Below, one piece after another: positions 1 to 13,200 of a stretch of 64,000 bases of DNA. The position numbers and the translations under genes were made by a program. Where the stretch lies: assembly GCA_030141605.1 (NCBI GenBank), contig JAQGDQ010000382.1, forward strand, positions 62,001-126,000, written 5' to 3'. The DNA is from Tubiluchus corallicola (taxonomy: Eukaryota > Animalia > Priapulida). The notes beneath the pieces were generated by a model that saw nothing but the letters and a program-made list of their open reading frames with translations, did no database searches and was not told where the DNA came from. Numbering within the stretch: position 1 is the first letter of the stretch; each line of letters begins with the position of its first letter.

Positions 1-78
1 AGGCAGGAACTCCTTCATGTGCGTACAGCTATTAGCAGCCTTTTGGCGATTAAAGAGTTCAAAAATGTTAAACGATAG
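1..78 (+). CDS. Possible 3' end of an upstream gene (RQELLHVRTAISSLLAIKEFKNVKR*)
   Basis: Open frame from the window edge to TAG at 76-78, with AATAAA ~25 nt downstream; no recognisable homology. Confidence 0.2.
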   Translation, partial: RQELLHVRTAISSLLAIKEFKNVKR

Positions 79-300
79 GAGAGTCACATACAGTCCATTA
101 AATAAAGAAAAGGAATAATGTTACATGTATATATAATATTGACGTGTATCGAACTAAACACTTATATATATATATGCATATGTATACACAAAAGCTGCAA
201 AATGGTGTTTTGTTATTCTGAAAACATTGAAACTCTAAAGGTTGCCAAAGTATCGATGTATTTTGTCTATTTAGTTATACTTCTGCTGCTTTTAGTGATG

Positions 301-1545
301 TAACTGCTACTGTTGCCTTGCATCTGGCACTCCTACTACTGCTGTTGCTGTGCTACAGCCGTGCAACTGGCACAATTACTGCTACTGTTGCCTTGCATCT
401 GGCACTCCTACTACTGCTGTTGCTGTGCTACAGCCGTGCAACTGGCACAATTACTGCTACTGTTGCCTTGCATCTGGCACTCCTACTACTGCTGTTGCTG
501 TGCTACAGCCGTGCAACTGGCACAATTACTGCTACTGTTGCCTTGCATCTGGCACTCCTACTACTGCTGTTGCTGTGCTACAGCCGTGCAACTGGCACAA
601 TTACTGCTACTGTTGCCTTGCATCTGGCACTCCTACTACTGCTGTTGCTGTGCTACAGCCGTGCAACTGGCACAATTACTGCTACTGTTGCCTTGCATCT
701 GGCACTCCTACTACTGCTGTTGCTGTGCTACAGCCACGCAACTGGCACAATTACTGCTACTGTTGCCTTGCATCTGGCACTCCTACTACTGCTGTTGCTG
801 TGCTACAGCCGTGCAACTGGCACAATTACTGCTACTGTTGCCTTGCATCTGGCACTCCTACTACTGCTGTTGCTGTGCTACAGCCGTGCAACTGGCACAA
901 TTACTGCTACTGTTGCCTTGCATCTGGCACTCCTACTACTGCTGTTGCTGTGCTACAGCCGTGCAACTGGCACAATTACTGCTAATGTTGCCTTGCATCT
1001 GGCACTCCTACTACTGCTGTTGCTGTGCTACAGCCGTGCAACTGGCACAATTACTGCTACTGTTGCCTTGCATCTGGCACTCCTACTACTGCTGTTGCTG
1101 TGCTACAGCCGTGCAACTGGCACAATTACTGCTACTGTTGCCTTGCATCTGGCACTCCTACTACTGCTGTTGCAGTGCTACAGTCGTGCAACTGGCACAA
1201 TTACTGCTACTGTTGCCTTGCATCTGGCACTCCTACTACTGCTGTTGCTGTGCTACAGCCGTGCAACTGGCACAATTACTGCTACTGTTGCCTTGCATCT
1301 GGCACTCCTACTACTGCTGTTGCTGTGCTACAGCCGTGCAACTGGCACAATTACTGCTAATGTTGCCTTGCATCTGGCACTCCTACTACTGCTGTTGCTG
1401 TGCTACAACCACGCAACTGGCACAATTGCTCCTACTGTTGCCTTGCATCTGGCACTCCTACTACTGCTGTTGCTGTGCTACAACCACGCAACTGGCACAA
1501 TTACTGCTGCTGTTGCCTTGCATCTGGCACTCTTACTGCTGCTGC
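301..1545. repeat. 75-bp minisatellite, ~16.5 near-identical copies
   Basis: Unit TTACTGCTACTGTTGCCTTGCATCTGGCACTCCTACTACTGCTGTTGCTGTGCTACAGCCGTGCAACTGGCACAA; explains the overlapping + strand ORFs at 313-1923. Confidence 0.97.
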
Positions 1546-2489
1546 CGCTGTCACTGCTGCTTCTGTTCCCGTTGCTACTGCCACAGTTTCTGTTACATGT
1601 ATTTCGGTTTCTGCTATAGTGTTTTTATTTTGTTGCTGCTGCTGCCGTTACCGTCGCTGTCGCCGCTATCTGTGTGCTGCTGTTGGTGCTATTTCTTTTG
1701 CAGCTGCTGTTTCATTGCTTCGATAATTGGAAAGTTGTTCCAAACTTGTTTCGGCGACATCGAAAGCTCTCATATTGCCACGTTTACTGCAAATTGCTGG
1801 CTTTCACGAGTCTTCCTGCATATGTCGTCAATCGTCATTGCTTGCAATGACAGATTATATCTTGAAAGATCTAGCAGACAGTATACAGTCTCATTGCTGC
1901 AAGTAACTATTTTTTGCTGCTAGCTATGGAAATGTCAGTCAAATTGCAAGGAGATGATTGAGAATCCTGAAAGCTATAACAATATATTTCTGTCTGTAGG
2001 ATACTTACATGCAAGTATGTGCAACTACAAGAAAGCCATGCTATAATTTAGAAACGCCCTAATCTTAAGCTTCTAAGCTCGATATTTCCTGATGTCACTC
2101 TCAATAAAAGAAGCTATTATTATCCCCACATTAGTTTGCTTCATGGTTTTCTAAGTTTATTGTTATTTTCCGCAGCGCTTATTGCAGTTACCGCCGTTTG
2201 CAAAGTTTGTCAATTAATGAGATGCGCGTTAAAAACGCGCTTTTTGTATTTACCTCACTAACCGTATTTTCTATTCAGTTATTTTAATTATTTAGAAATG
2301 ATTGAATAGCTTCTTCCTTGTGGTGGATTTCTCATATGCATAATTGAAGGCTCAGACAATGTCGCGTCGATGACTTGTCTTTTCCACAATAGAAAGCAGA
2401 TATTATTGTATGTTGCTTACAAGTTCATCTCACAGATTTATCAAATTGATAGAAAATGCGCAAGGCGTAAGGGCTATGCGCACTATTAA

Positions 2490-3018
2490 AGGAAAACCGG
2501 ACGATTGTGTAGACCTTAGTTCAAAATAAAGCATGCTTTAAAATATTGAAAATTAGAAGAGCTTTTTTAATCACAGCTTAGATTAAATAATAAATGGATC
2601 GGATAGTTATATTTTGTTAAAACTTTCAAAGTTACGCGCGGCTCAGCGAATTCACTAAGATTGGCGCCTTTTGTCACATTCGTGTGGCCGACAAATAGGC
2701 GCGGTATCGTGAACTCCGTGATCACAGGGTTCGTCTGTGACATCAGTGTGGGGTACAGCTCATTTTCGTGACACCACATCAGGGTCTTATAGCAATCCTC
2801 GCTTACGTACTTGACGCGCAGCGAAGATTCCTACCATTGCACAAACCTTGGTTAGTTTGTGACGTACGCGATAGCTGTGCTTGCTTGCACTTAATTAACT
2901 TTCCAATGTAATTATTCAAATGTTCGAAACAGTCGCTAACTTTTATAGGTAAAAAATATATATAATTTGGACAGTAAATTGAAACGAGATTGAGACTAGT
3001 CAATCGTCCGTTTTTCCT
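2490..3018. mobile_element. Non-autonomous TTAA-flanked DNA transposon (Kolobok-like MITE), element 1
   Basis: TIRs AGGAAAACCGGACGATTG / CAATCGTCCGTTTTTCCT (1 mismatch); TTAA at 2486-2489 and 3019-3022; AG...CT termini with TTAA are typical of Kolobok/T2-type elements. Confidence 0.85.
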
Positions 3019-3022
3019 TTAA

Positions 3023-3795
3023 AGGAAGACAGGATGTTTTTTACATTCTACCCAATTTTCAAGTCCGATAAAAAGTACACGCTGTAGAACAATTAATACT
3101 GCAACTGTTGAGCCAACTAGTGACGACATCACAAACGAACATAATTTTCAACAGCAAAAATATTGCATAAGCGTGTTGCACGTGTTGAAAGCGAAAATTG
3201 AAGTAAAATATTCAGTGTGAAGGCCGATAAAAAGTATACATTTTAACACTATTAATACTGCAAAAGCGTTTCTGATAAATAATAGATTAAAATCTTAATT
3301 AACGACCGGTGAGCCCAACTATTGATGACATCACAAACTAGCGTAATATTCTACAGCAAAAAATACTCTTCGAACGCGTTGCACGTGCTTGTGAAAGCGA
3401 AAATTGATGTACAATGCTACTGTAAGATATTCAGTATGTTGTACTAAAACTGCGCAAGTTTTAAGGTAAAAATTCAAAATTGAAATTTACTGCTGTGCTC
3501 ACGCATGAGCTGTCGAACGTGTGTTGTTCGTCACAAACTAACACATCTGAACTGAGAGGTACAGCACTTGTTTTTGTGCAATGCGTTTCCGACTTGCAGA
3601 CGCTAGTGCCCGTCTAACTAGCGAATGGGAAAATGCATGTAACAGCGAAGAACTATTGGTGTGAACGTGAAATTGTGTTTGTGTGGTAATAATTCTTGCA
3701 CGTAAGTCATTTTTGAAAAAATAGTATGTTTCCTTTCAATATTTTAAGGAGCAGATTGTATTGACCTACAGTTTGAGATTGGGTCCGGTTTTGCT
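3023..3795. mobile_element. Kolobok-like MITE, element 2 (family also at 21210-21610 and 57000-57374)
   Basis: Starts AGGAAGACAGGA right after TTAA and ends TCCGGTTTTGCT before TTAA (3796-3799); internal ~160-bp duplication; body matches two other copies in the window. Confidence 0.75.
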
Positions 3796-4499
3796 TTAAC
3801 CGAAACACAGTGAAACTAGATTGTGCTTACTCGCAGAGGTCGCGCACTACGCTGTTATCTCGATCGACTTTAACACTGAACGATATTCTTAAACAATTAT
3901 TAAACGCAGTATAAAATATTGAATTCGTTCTACAGCTTTGTGCTAGACTTACCTTAAACTTGTTTACGGTGACCATTGACTTGACCCCGCGACATTAGTC
4001 CTAAATATTTTAGACAGTCTTCTTTTATAATTTTTTATAAAATGTATATAAGCAAATATATAAGCTAAAGACACTTAAGATTGGTCTTTTTCTTGTCCAC
4101 CGCGTCTTCCATGAGGACACAGAAAGGCTTAACTGTTCTTAACAGAAGACAGGAAGATGGGTAAACAGGCGACATCAAAAATTTCATGTGAGTTTCCATT
4201 GATGGTAGAATGAGTTTCCAGATTCTATCAAGAACAAATGTTTCAGAAAAAAATTTGCAACTATTTGCATCTACTAGTCTTTTGGTAGGTAAATATAAGC
4301 ACTATTGAGAACATGCTCGTGAATGTAATTTTAAAATCGTTTAGATTTTTCTTTCCTATGTATGTGTATTGTTATGTTATTTATATATCACATATCTATT
4401 ATGTTCTGTTATATATATATATATGTAAATATGTACTTTGATATATACTTTCTTATATCATATTATGTATGCTCTCTCTCTATATATATATATATATAT

Positions 4500-5810
4500 C
4501 TTTATTTATTGAACCTTTAAGCAAAGCAAGTTACAAGAGACAAAGAAAAACTAGACTTAAAAAACATTATATAACGGAAAAAAGAAACCACATATAAGTG
4601 GTATAATGGTTCAAGCACAAAAACACATACAACAGAGCAGCATACATCCATATCATAAACTTAATATTACATGTGTTACAGTTAGTCAGTGAATGAGGCT
4701 TGCCCTAAGTCATCTCAGTCGGGCCTGTTTTCAAATATTTTGTTCACAAATCTGACATTAATTTCAATAACCTCTACATCTTGTGACGCATTTAAAACAC
4801 GAACTGCTCATTAGGAGACACGTAATGAAAGTTACGACAGAAATTAGAAAGAATATCAAAAACATTCCTCTCTTATATGAGCGTACAGAGCACATTTAGT
4901 TATTATGAGCAATTCATCCTCTACTTTGTTCAAACAACAATTTTTACATACTATTTTATTCAACAGGTATTTTTTCGGCTTATGATATCTACGGATTTCA
5001 ATTGCTAATTTAACATGTTTTGTCATGTTTTGGAATACTAATCAACAAATAATTTTCCATCCTATAAGTAGTTTTCATTCGGTGCAGCCCTCTTCATTTC
5101 CTCCAGCCAGTACTGTCTATGCCGAGATTCAAGTTTATCATTGATGGCTTTGGTTAATTCTTTTTATTAAATGTACCTTGGTGCTCCCAAACATGTTTAA
5201 AACTCAAATAAAAGAAAACAGTTTTAATCAACGTAGCCCACGAAAGTCCACCACTTCAGCTGATGTCTTTAGAAAGAACATAAGCATCTTAAGCGAGGCT
5301 ATTGTCAGGTGCCTTCAAGAGATGGAGCCACAAATCCAGGCAATTTTTGACTGCATTAATAAACGACGGAAATTGACCTAGTTCACCTCTCACAGCATTT
5401 CGAGCTGTTTTAGAATCAACATTCAATAACAAGTGACACATTTTTAGATTAACACTTTCAGATTTCAACACGTCATAACATGATTCTAAACTCAATCGAT
5501 TCATTATTCTTGGAAAATTACAAGAATCTGGTAACCATGTATCTGAAGTATACAAACGTACAGGTTTGACTACAGCTTCAAAATTTCAAATTGCTACCAG
5601 TGGATCAATGTCACAAGAAAATAAAATCTGGCGCAGTAAAGTCATACATTTTAAACTTTTATCTTTCAAGGTGTTAATACTTTCGCTAAAATAAACCGAA
5701 CTCTAGCCTCAAATATTTATATTTCTTTCCTTTCATATATTTCACTCCGTTAAAGTAAAAGTTACAATTTTGTAAAATTTTACCTTTTTTGTTAAAGTTA
5801 ACTGCATGAG
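4500..5810 (-). mobile_element. Decayed non-LTR retrotransposon 3' part (RTE-X/L2-like ORF2 C-terminus)
   Basis: Minus-strand peptides VVKPVRLYTSDTW, NAVRGELGQFP, KLAIEIRRY and CLNKVEDELLIITKCALY (C-terminal Zn-knuckle-like motif), broken by stops and frameshifts. Confidence 0.8.
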
Positions 5811-5923
5811 CTATACATATACATATATACATATTTATATATACATAAATATATACATATATACATATACATATATACATAAATAGATAAATATATATGT
5901 ATCTATATATACATATATGTATC

Positions 5924-5964
<41 letters not shown>

Positions 5965-6062
5965 TCATCATCAAACCTCCAAAGTAGGAAAAGTTGTAAA
6001 AAGATTGGATAAAAAAGGTATATATATATATATATGGTAAAAAATATATATATATACATATT
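5810..6062. repeat. (TA)n/(TACA)n microsatellite region
   Basis: Direct reading. Confidence 0.9.
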
Positions 6063-6086
6063 ACAACCCTGTATAACTCACAGTCA

Positions 6087-9000
6087 TTAAAAATAATCTA
6101 AAAATAGTTTTGAGTATTTCGTGGGACTTGCTTTGCCAACTCGATATTTCTCTGCAAAATGGCCTTTGGCTAAATGGATTGTGTTTTTCGATGTAAGTGT
6201 ACAGTAATCTTTTACATTAGCATTGACATGACTGTAACGCTCAGTAAGCTCTTTCATGAACAGTTTATACAGTGGCAAGTTTTCCTGTATTGTTTTGTTG
6301 TACTTTGCCATATAAGACTTCCAGTCTGGCCATATTCCTTCATGAACAACAAAGGCATTGTCAAGAATATGGAAGTCGTAGTCTTGAAAGCACATCTCTA
6401 ATTCATGTTGAATTTTGTCTCGTCCGTTGCCTCGAAACCTTTCATCGTGCATTGGTTCATTGTGGTCACCTGCAAAAAGAATAACAAGAAACTTAGTCAG
6501 ATAGCTTTGACCATGCAGTTCTGATTTTCGATTGTGTCCACAACAACAACAACAACAACAACAACAACCAACAACAACAACAACAACAAAACAACAACAA
6601 CAACAACAACGACAATGACGATAACGCTTGGCAGAACTAACACTTGAGCTCCGTTCTTGGAATCGGTCTAGTCACGTTCAATAGAAACCGGGTTCAAGCA
6701 GCATGAGCAGTGGGACTTTACATTCACGTTATGCAAAAACTTTAACTTAAAGCACAAGAAAACTTTCCACTTGCATAAAGCTTAAAAATTCGCCTTGAAA
6801 TTTTTTACCACTTACATATTGTCTTTTTGCGTACAGGGCTTGCGTCGGCAGTAACGTTGTATATTATATGTAACTTTTTATGTGACTCAACGACATTTTA
6901 CCAATTGGTGATAACATTTTAAATAATTAATCATTTTCTTTTCTAGTTACATAAATCTTTCAAGCAGATAAGCAAAAGGATAAGTAATATAAGTTTGGGA
7001 CGCAGTTTAACATTTCCTTTTCTTCCCGTGATTTACGTTGTGCGTATATTACGTCACGTAATGGCGCTTTTGGAACGGCATTTAAAATGAAAACAAACAA
7101 AAACCCTTTTAACGCGAGTACGATATACGTGTAAAATTGTTATAAAGTAATATAATTTTTAGGCGATTTTTTCAGAAACCTACTTCAGGTACTCATCTTC
7201 TAGTCTTTTTTAGGACTATTCACACTTTGGTAACACTTAAATATACATAGGATAGTCTGACGAAATCTTATATTAGTTTTTACGTACAAATAATTCTCTA
7301 CGTTTTCTACAGATGTCATTAGATACCTACCTATATAAATAGGTTCCCAAACGGGAGGTATCCATTTCGTAACGTAGTATACGTCTTGCTTGCTGTCTGA
7401 TGTGTTTGCTTTAATCCACACTTTGACATAAGGGGTTACATGACTTTCTGGGCACGCGTTCTGTAATGAGATAAGAACATTCATAATTTTTTTGCCCATT
7501 TGATTGCTTTTAATAAACTTATCCAAATTGGTCATTCAACTAAAATTGGTAGTAGTAAATGACGAAAACACATTCTTTCTTCAGGTAAGATAACAGTTTG
7601 TAGAACTTGTCTTCTATTGCACAATAACAACTCGTTTCTCAAGGAAAGATTCTAGTGAAGAATTTGATTCACTAAGACATCTCAAAGAATCTGTTACTGT
7701 TTATTACTCAGTATGCAATCAGAGTATTTGTCTGAGCGATGTATGTGCTGATGTAGATGGGACAGCCAACATTTAATAAACATCGAGTTGATCGTTGAGA
7801 ATATTCTAAATTTCTAAATGACCTGTGATCATTAACCGATAATTGACGAATAGCGCCAGAATGATAAAAGCGTGTGATTAAGTGATTTTTCCTAAATACC
7901 ACAGAATTGTAGTAGCATTCAGAGATTAATGAGCTGACCTCATCTGTCGGTAGTGGACTGACAGAGTAGAAAATTTTGTTTTACTTTCTCAATCCATGGT
8001 TTACTGATTCGTGGCCGACGGTGTGAAGGATTGTTATTAAACTGTCCACTTTTATCCATTTCGCTACCAGGTAATTTTACTAGCAAGTTATTTTATACTG
8101 AGTCAGCAGAACATGAATTGAGAAAGCTAAGCGATATCTTACACTCTGTCAATCAATACTGAGACAAATGCCTTGTTGATTGTATGTCGTTTCGCCAGGA
8201 CAAAACTGATCGGACAATCTCCACTGGACGCCATCTTGGTAGGTGGCGCTTCTTGAGTAATGTTTTAGCAAAAATGGACATGTTTGATGCTTAAAAGTTT
8301 TGACCCTTTGACCCGCCTGAGTTATGATATGTCGATACCTAGTGGTCAATGGTGATTTCCAGATCAGCTAAGTCTTCAGTGTTAGTCAAGATACACTGGC
8401 GAAAATATAGACTGGCGAAACGATAACTGGCGAATTGGGTAATTACTCTTCTTGTCAACCACAGGTTATAGACACCTTCATTTCAAATGATTCGTGTAAA
8501 AAGCCTAAAATACAATAAAAAATACAAAATACGATTCAAAATTTACAAAGAAATTTTACTGATTGGGAATCGATAATTAGAATTTTTAAATGTTCCCGAT
8601 GATGTAGTCATTCATTAGAATACGTGTTATAGAAATTGTATTTTTTAAAAAACGCAAAATTTGTCGTCAATATATTTTTTTCAATAATTATTAAAAAATT
8701 CTTTCAGTATGGCAGTTTTAGTTAGCTATTACTGGTCGATCAACTGTGCCTTGCGCAGCGCTAACTCTTTCATGCAAGTGTGCAGGTTTTGTCGAAATAA
8801 GACAAAAGCTGCAGTGTTAGTAACGGTTTGAAAATGTTTGGATGACCAACATTGGAATCTAGCTGCCTGGGCGTATAGGTAACTTAGATTTGATTCTAGG
8901 GGTATTCTTAAGCTTTTGAGACGTTTCTTGTTAAAGAAATGCAGGTTTTATTTCATAAAGACCAACATTTATGAAAAAGCCACCAGTAGTTTTGTAATTT

Positions 9001-10302
9001 GTATTAAATTTTGCTTTATCAATTAATGATTACATGTGCTGCTTTTTCTACTCTTTCTAGTTAAGGTTTCTTTTCACATCTCTATACACTCTCTGCTTTT
9101 GCCTCTGTAACTCTGAAACTCGACAGAATTGTGAGAAGTCGCTATGGACAAAATTTCTTGATTTCTTTTTCGATCATCTGACCTTGACCTTTGACCTAAA
9201 AAGCAATGTCGCTTAGTACTATCTTCGTGGCAAATCTGATAATAGTAAATTCAGGGCTGCTTCACCCGTGCTAATTTTCTGATGCGGACATACACACAGA
9301 CAGATAAAGTCGAGTAATTGCCCGAACAACATACTAATTAATATGCACCTAGGTAATTATTGTTGTTGCGTAACCCATGACGCTTACCTTTAGAAACTGA
9401 TTTGCATTTCCGTTTTTTAACATTTTCACCATGTTTTTCTTGGTGGTCGGTATCAACATGTTTTGCTTAATCTCAAAGCTTGGCACTACATAAACAACTT
9501 TCTTCTTTGAAATCGTTTCCTTCGCCTCCATCATGTTAATGAAACTTTCCATAAGGTTTACAGACGGTTTAAACTCGATGTCCAAAAGTAAAATAAATTT
9601 TGTGTAAACGGCGATACGCGCAGCATTTCGTCCTACATTTATAGGATATGTACCATATTTGGACATATCTGGACCATCTTTTACAGGTTCGGTTAAATCA
9701 GAACACGACATTTGATTCGTGTTGTACGTTCTATTGTTCATCGGTGGGGCGTCTGCAGGAAAAAACAGTGAAACAGAAACTGTTTCAGCAAACTTGCTGT
9801 AACATGTCCGAGCACGAATGATGAAGTCTGTGACGAGACCGAAGCTATCACCTGGTGTGTACAGTGCAGCTGAGATCGGCCCATTATGTCTCTCGACCAG
9901 GTCTGTCAAATGATGCAAGTACTGAAAAGATCCCTGGGTTGCTATTGTTACAGTTTTTTCCTGTGGAAACCTTTTCGTTGCTTTGATAAAGTTGATAACT
10001 TTGTGATACGCGAGTGTTTTATTGGTTACATTATCAAAGAATTCAGTTCTAGTAACATTCAGTAGTTCTGGCTTAGTCCCGAGTGGTAGCAGCTCACCAT
10101 CACTGCACAAAAATTCAGTCTCGGTTAAATACCACTTTGATTTCTTGCTCAACAAACGAGCACACGTTTTCTCAGGGTCACTTGAGTGATATTTAATCTT
10201 GGATGACTGCAGGAAGAAACACAATTTTACACAATAGTACACACAAAATACCATGAACAGTAACCTCAATATAGCAGAGAAATTTGTTTTGTTTCTCTTC
10301 AT
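6087..10302 (-). CDS. B4GAT1: Beta-1,4-glucuronyltransferase 1-like (GT49/LARGE C-terminal domain), type II membrane protein, ~475 aa; exons 10302-9388, 7460-7331, 6469-6087
   Basis: N-terminal TM (AILRLLFMVFCVYYCVKLCFFL); motifs VTIATQG, GPISAALY, YPINVGRNAAR, LLLDIEFKPS, VYVVPSFE, WEPIYIG, HDERF, FHILDNAFVVHEG; GT-AG junctions with matching phases (0,1). Confidence 0.88.
6537..6625. repeat. (CAA)n microsatellite, intronic
   Basis: Direct reading. Confidence 0.9.
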
Positions 10303-10476
10303 ATTTTCTGTCACTTTTACTCCTTTTTGAATATCAAACGCAAAATAAAGCAACTAGTACGATGTAGGTTTCTAATGATAATTAAAATAGGCTCCACGCT
10401 GTTTGCTATTAAGTCAAGACGATTAACAGTATTTATTTTCAATTCTCTTAGCTTATGCTACAATTATTCTCAAGAT

Positions 10477-10622
10477 GTTTTGTCAAGTTTGCTCACAGCA
10501 GTACAATACTTTCGCATGGTGATTGTTTTGTCAAGTTTGCTCACAGCAGACAATACTTTCGCATGGTGATTGTTTTGTCAAGTTTGCTCACAGCAGACAA
10601 TACTTTCGCATGGTGATTGTTG
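10477..10622. repeat. ~47-bp tandem repeat, 3 copies, just upstream of the GT49 start
   Basis: Unit TGTTTTGTCAAGTTTGCTCACAGCAGACAATACTTTCGCATGGTGAT. Confidence 0.92.
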
Positions 10623-11649
10623 CCGCGTTTGAATCTAGCACACGCAGTTAGGCCTATAACTGTAAGTTGCAATCCCAAAGGAGTACCGTTAGACCAAGAA
10701 CCTGCAAGCTTAATACCCAAGCCTGGTCTATTTCAAGCAAACCTGTTACATCAAAGATGCGTTATATTAATGGACGTTGCTTAACGATCAAGTTCATTAA
10801 CATACATTATTTTTGCTCTAGGAAATCGGCTAATTTGTCATTTGGGTCATTCACTCTCTGTCGCGAACTCGAAAAATCGCCACAGTGAATTTCGTCACCA
10901 TGTGACGAACTTAGTTCTAGTTATTTTTTGTTTACTCTTGATGTGTGGGAGTTTTAAAGCTATTAGACTGAAATTTTGTATCTAAAGGAAGTTCACGAAA
11001 AGCTTATTATTAATATTGTTGTCGATCTTCACTGTAGTTCCTTAGCTAAAGATAAATAAAAGCAAAGAACGAATGATTAAAACATCATGACGCAATTACT
11101 TATTTACAACAATTGTACCAATGTTAGTCGACATGTTGAAATACAATAATAAACGTGTTGGACGTCATATTGAGTTACTGTCATAAATATAAATAATTTC
11201 TCTATTTTATCTGTGCACACTGTGCACTAAATCGCCTACACATTGGCTACCATTTAAATGTAAACATGTTAGAAATTGTTACGACATAGGAAAAACCAGT
11301 TTCAACCATTTCACGTGCCTGACTGGTTTAACCCAAGAATGTACTTCCTGCCTACTAATGTGAAATAAATGACTTATGACTGCCTACCCTCATATACTAC
11401 GATATGCATTTATGTAATTACGTAGTTAATGAGGTGATAACAGTAGTGTTACAATTAAGCTACAGAAGTTTACGTTCATACTATGCATGGAATACTTCTT
11501 AACTAGCTGTTAGTAGAATAATTTACAGTAATTGTGTAAGAAGTTTCCGACAACTGCAACAAAACTTATTTAGTGTCCAAAGGCTGTAAAATTTCCTTGA
11601 AATGTTCTTTGTCCGGACTTTGTGAAACAAACAATATTTAAAATTGTAC

Positions 11650-12350
11650 AATTCAAATTCAATTCAAATTATTTATTAACTGTAACAAAATACGGTATCA
11701 GCAATACGTGCAATATGTTTGAAGGAAAGGAGAAGGGCAGCGAAGTACCCGTAGGTTATCTAGTCAGCCACCCTTTAATAGCTAGGATTAAATAAAATTA
11801 ATTTTGGCGCCGATCTCAGTTTAAATTTATATTAGGTTGACGTTGTGTACTTGGCAATTAAATGATCGGAGACGTAATATTGTAGAACATAATAAAAATA
11901 ATTTAAATACCCAAAATTTACAATTCTAAATTACTGTGAATCATGGGAAGCAAACAAAATAAAGATAACTTAAAATTTTAACATAACAGAAAATGCACAA
12001 TTTGAGCATTATCTTCAAAATCAGGCAAAATCAAAAGAATGATCAAACAAAGATATCGAGAAAACAATATAATAAATTAAATCAAAGAAAAATAAGCTAA
12101 AATGTACAGTGACCACGATTTTAAATTTAAAATTAGCGTGCAATTGTCAGTAGTGTTACCCTTAGTTTCCAAACGGTTGGCAACTCAGCTGAAACAGACA
12201 AAGCGAAGATTTTGCCCAACAAGTAATCGGGGCAGGATTAACCGGGGCATGATTTATTAGGCTAATAAAGCTGTAGCCTTCCATCCTAAATTTTGATAGG
12301 CCCTCAGGGTCCTGAGACCCATGACCAATTAAACAGAAATTATTTAAACT
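11650..12350 (-). mobile_element. Decayed LINE (L2/CR1-like) 3' end
   Basis: On the minus strand: AATAAA followed by a (TTGAA)n tail, a 3' motif shared with 31050-31115, and a degenerate 'P-x-VW..L...FK' peptide. Confidence 0.45.
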
Positions 12351-12399
12351 AAACTTACTAAAAACAGGAACATTTGTATTTCTTTTTTGTACACTGTAA

Positions 12400-13200
12400 T
12401 AAGCACTTGAGCGATTGAGCCGCAATTGTATTGCAAAAATTGTATGATTGCTGTGAAAAATATGCTAAACATAATGATATTGCAGTTAGTGCTTCGAAAA
12501 CGAAATCTGTCTATTTTATTCCTAATGCATTTATGAATGTCAGATTTGCTAATGTAACTTTGCAAGGAGAAACGATTGAACTCGAACATGAAATAAAATA
12601 TCTTGGTCTCATAATTAACAATAATTGTAAAGATGATGCTGATATTTAAAATCAATTGCGCCTGTTTTATATTAGATTTAATATTCTTTGCAAAAATTTT
12701 TGTTTTTGCTCTACTGATTTCAAAAGTTTTCTGTTTAAATCTTATTGTTCAACTTTGTACTGTTCTAACCTCTGGATCACTTTTAATGTTGGTACTATTA
12801 GAAAATTAAAAGCGGCCTGCTATTTTGCATTGACAAAGTTTTTTGCTTACCGTAGGGGCAAAACAGAACCTAGAATGTGTCCCGAAAATGGCTGTAATCA
12901 TTTTAAAGTCATTTTACTTTCAGCCTTCGTCAGCAAGTTTTAAATTGAAGCAGTGAAATCATATGCAGTTTTATTGTTAATACTAATATTTTAACTTCGA
13001 ATATATTTGCTCATTGGGAAAATACACTTACTAACCTTTTTTACATATTTAGCTTACTAATTCTCTGTTCTTTGTGTAAATATTTATTTTGTTTGTCTTG
13101 TAGAAATATTTTTAATTATGATTTTACTATGCTTTGTTTATTATTCTATGGTACTTTTTATGTACTGAAATAAACGTAAAATAATAAAAAAAAAACAATA
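12400..13200 (+). mobile_element. Non-LTR retrotransposon ORF2 3' fragment with A-rich tail
   Basis: LQKLYDCCEKYA..SKTKSVYF, IKYLGLII, LFKSYCSTLYCSNLW (post-RT thumb region); internal stop; AATAAA and poly-A at ~13168-13200. Confidence 0.8.
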
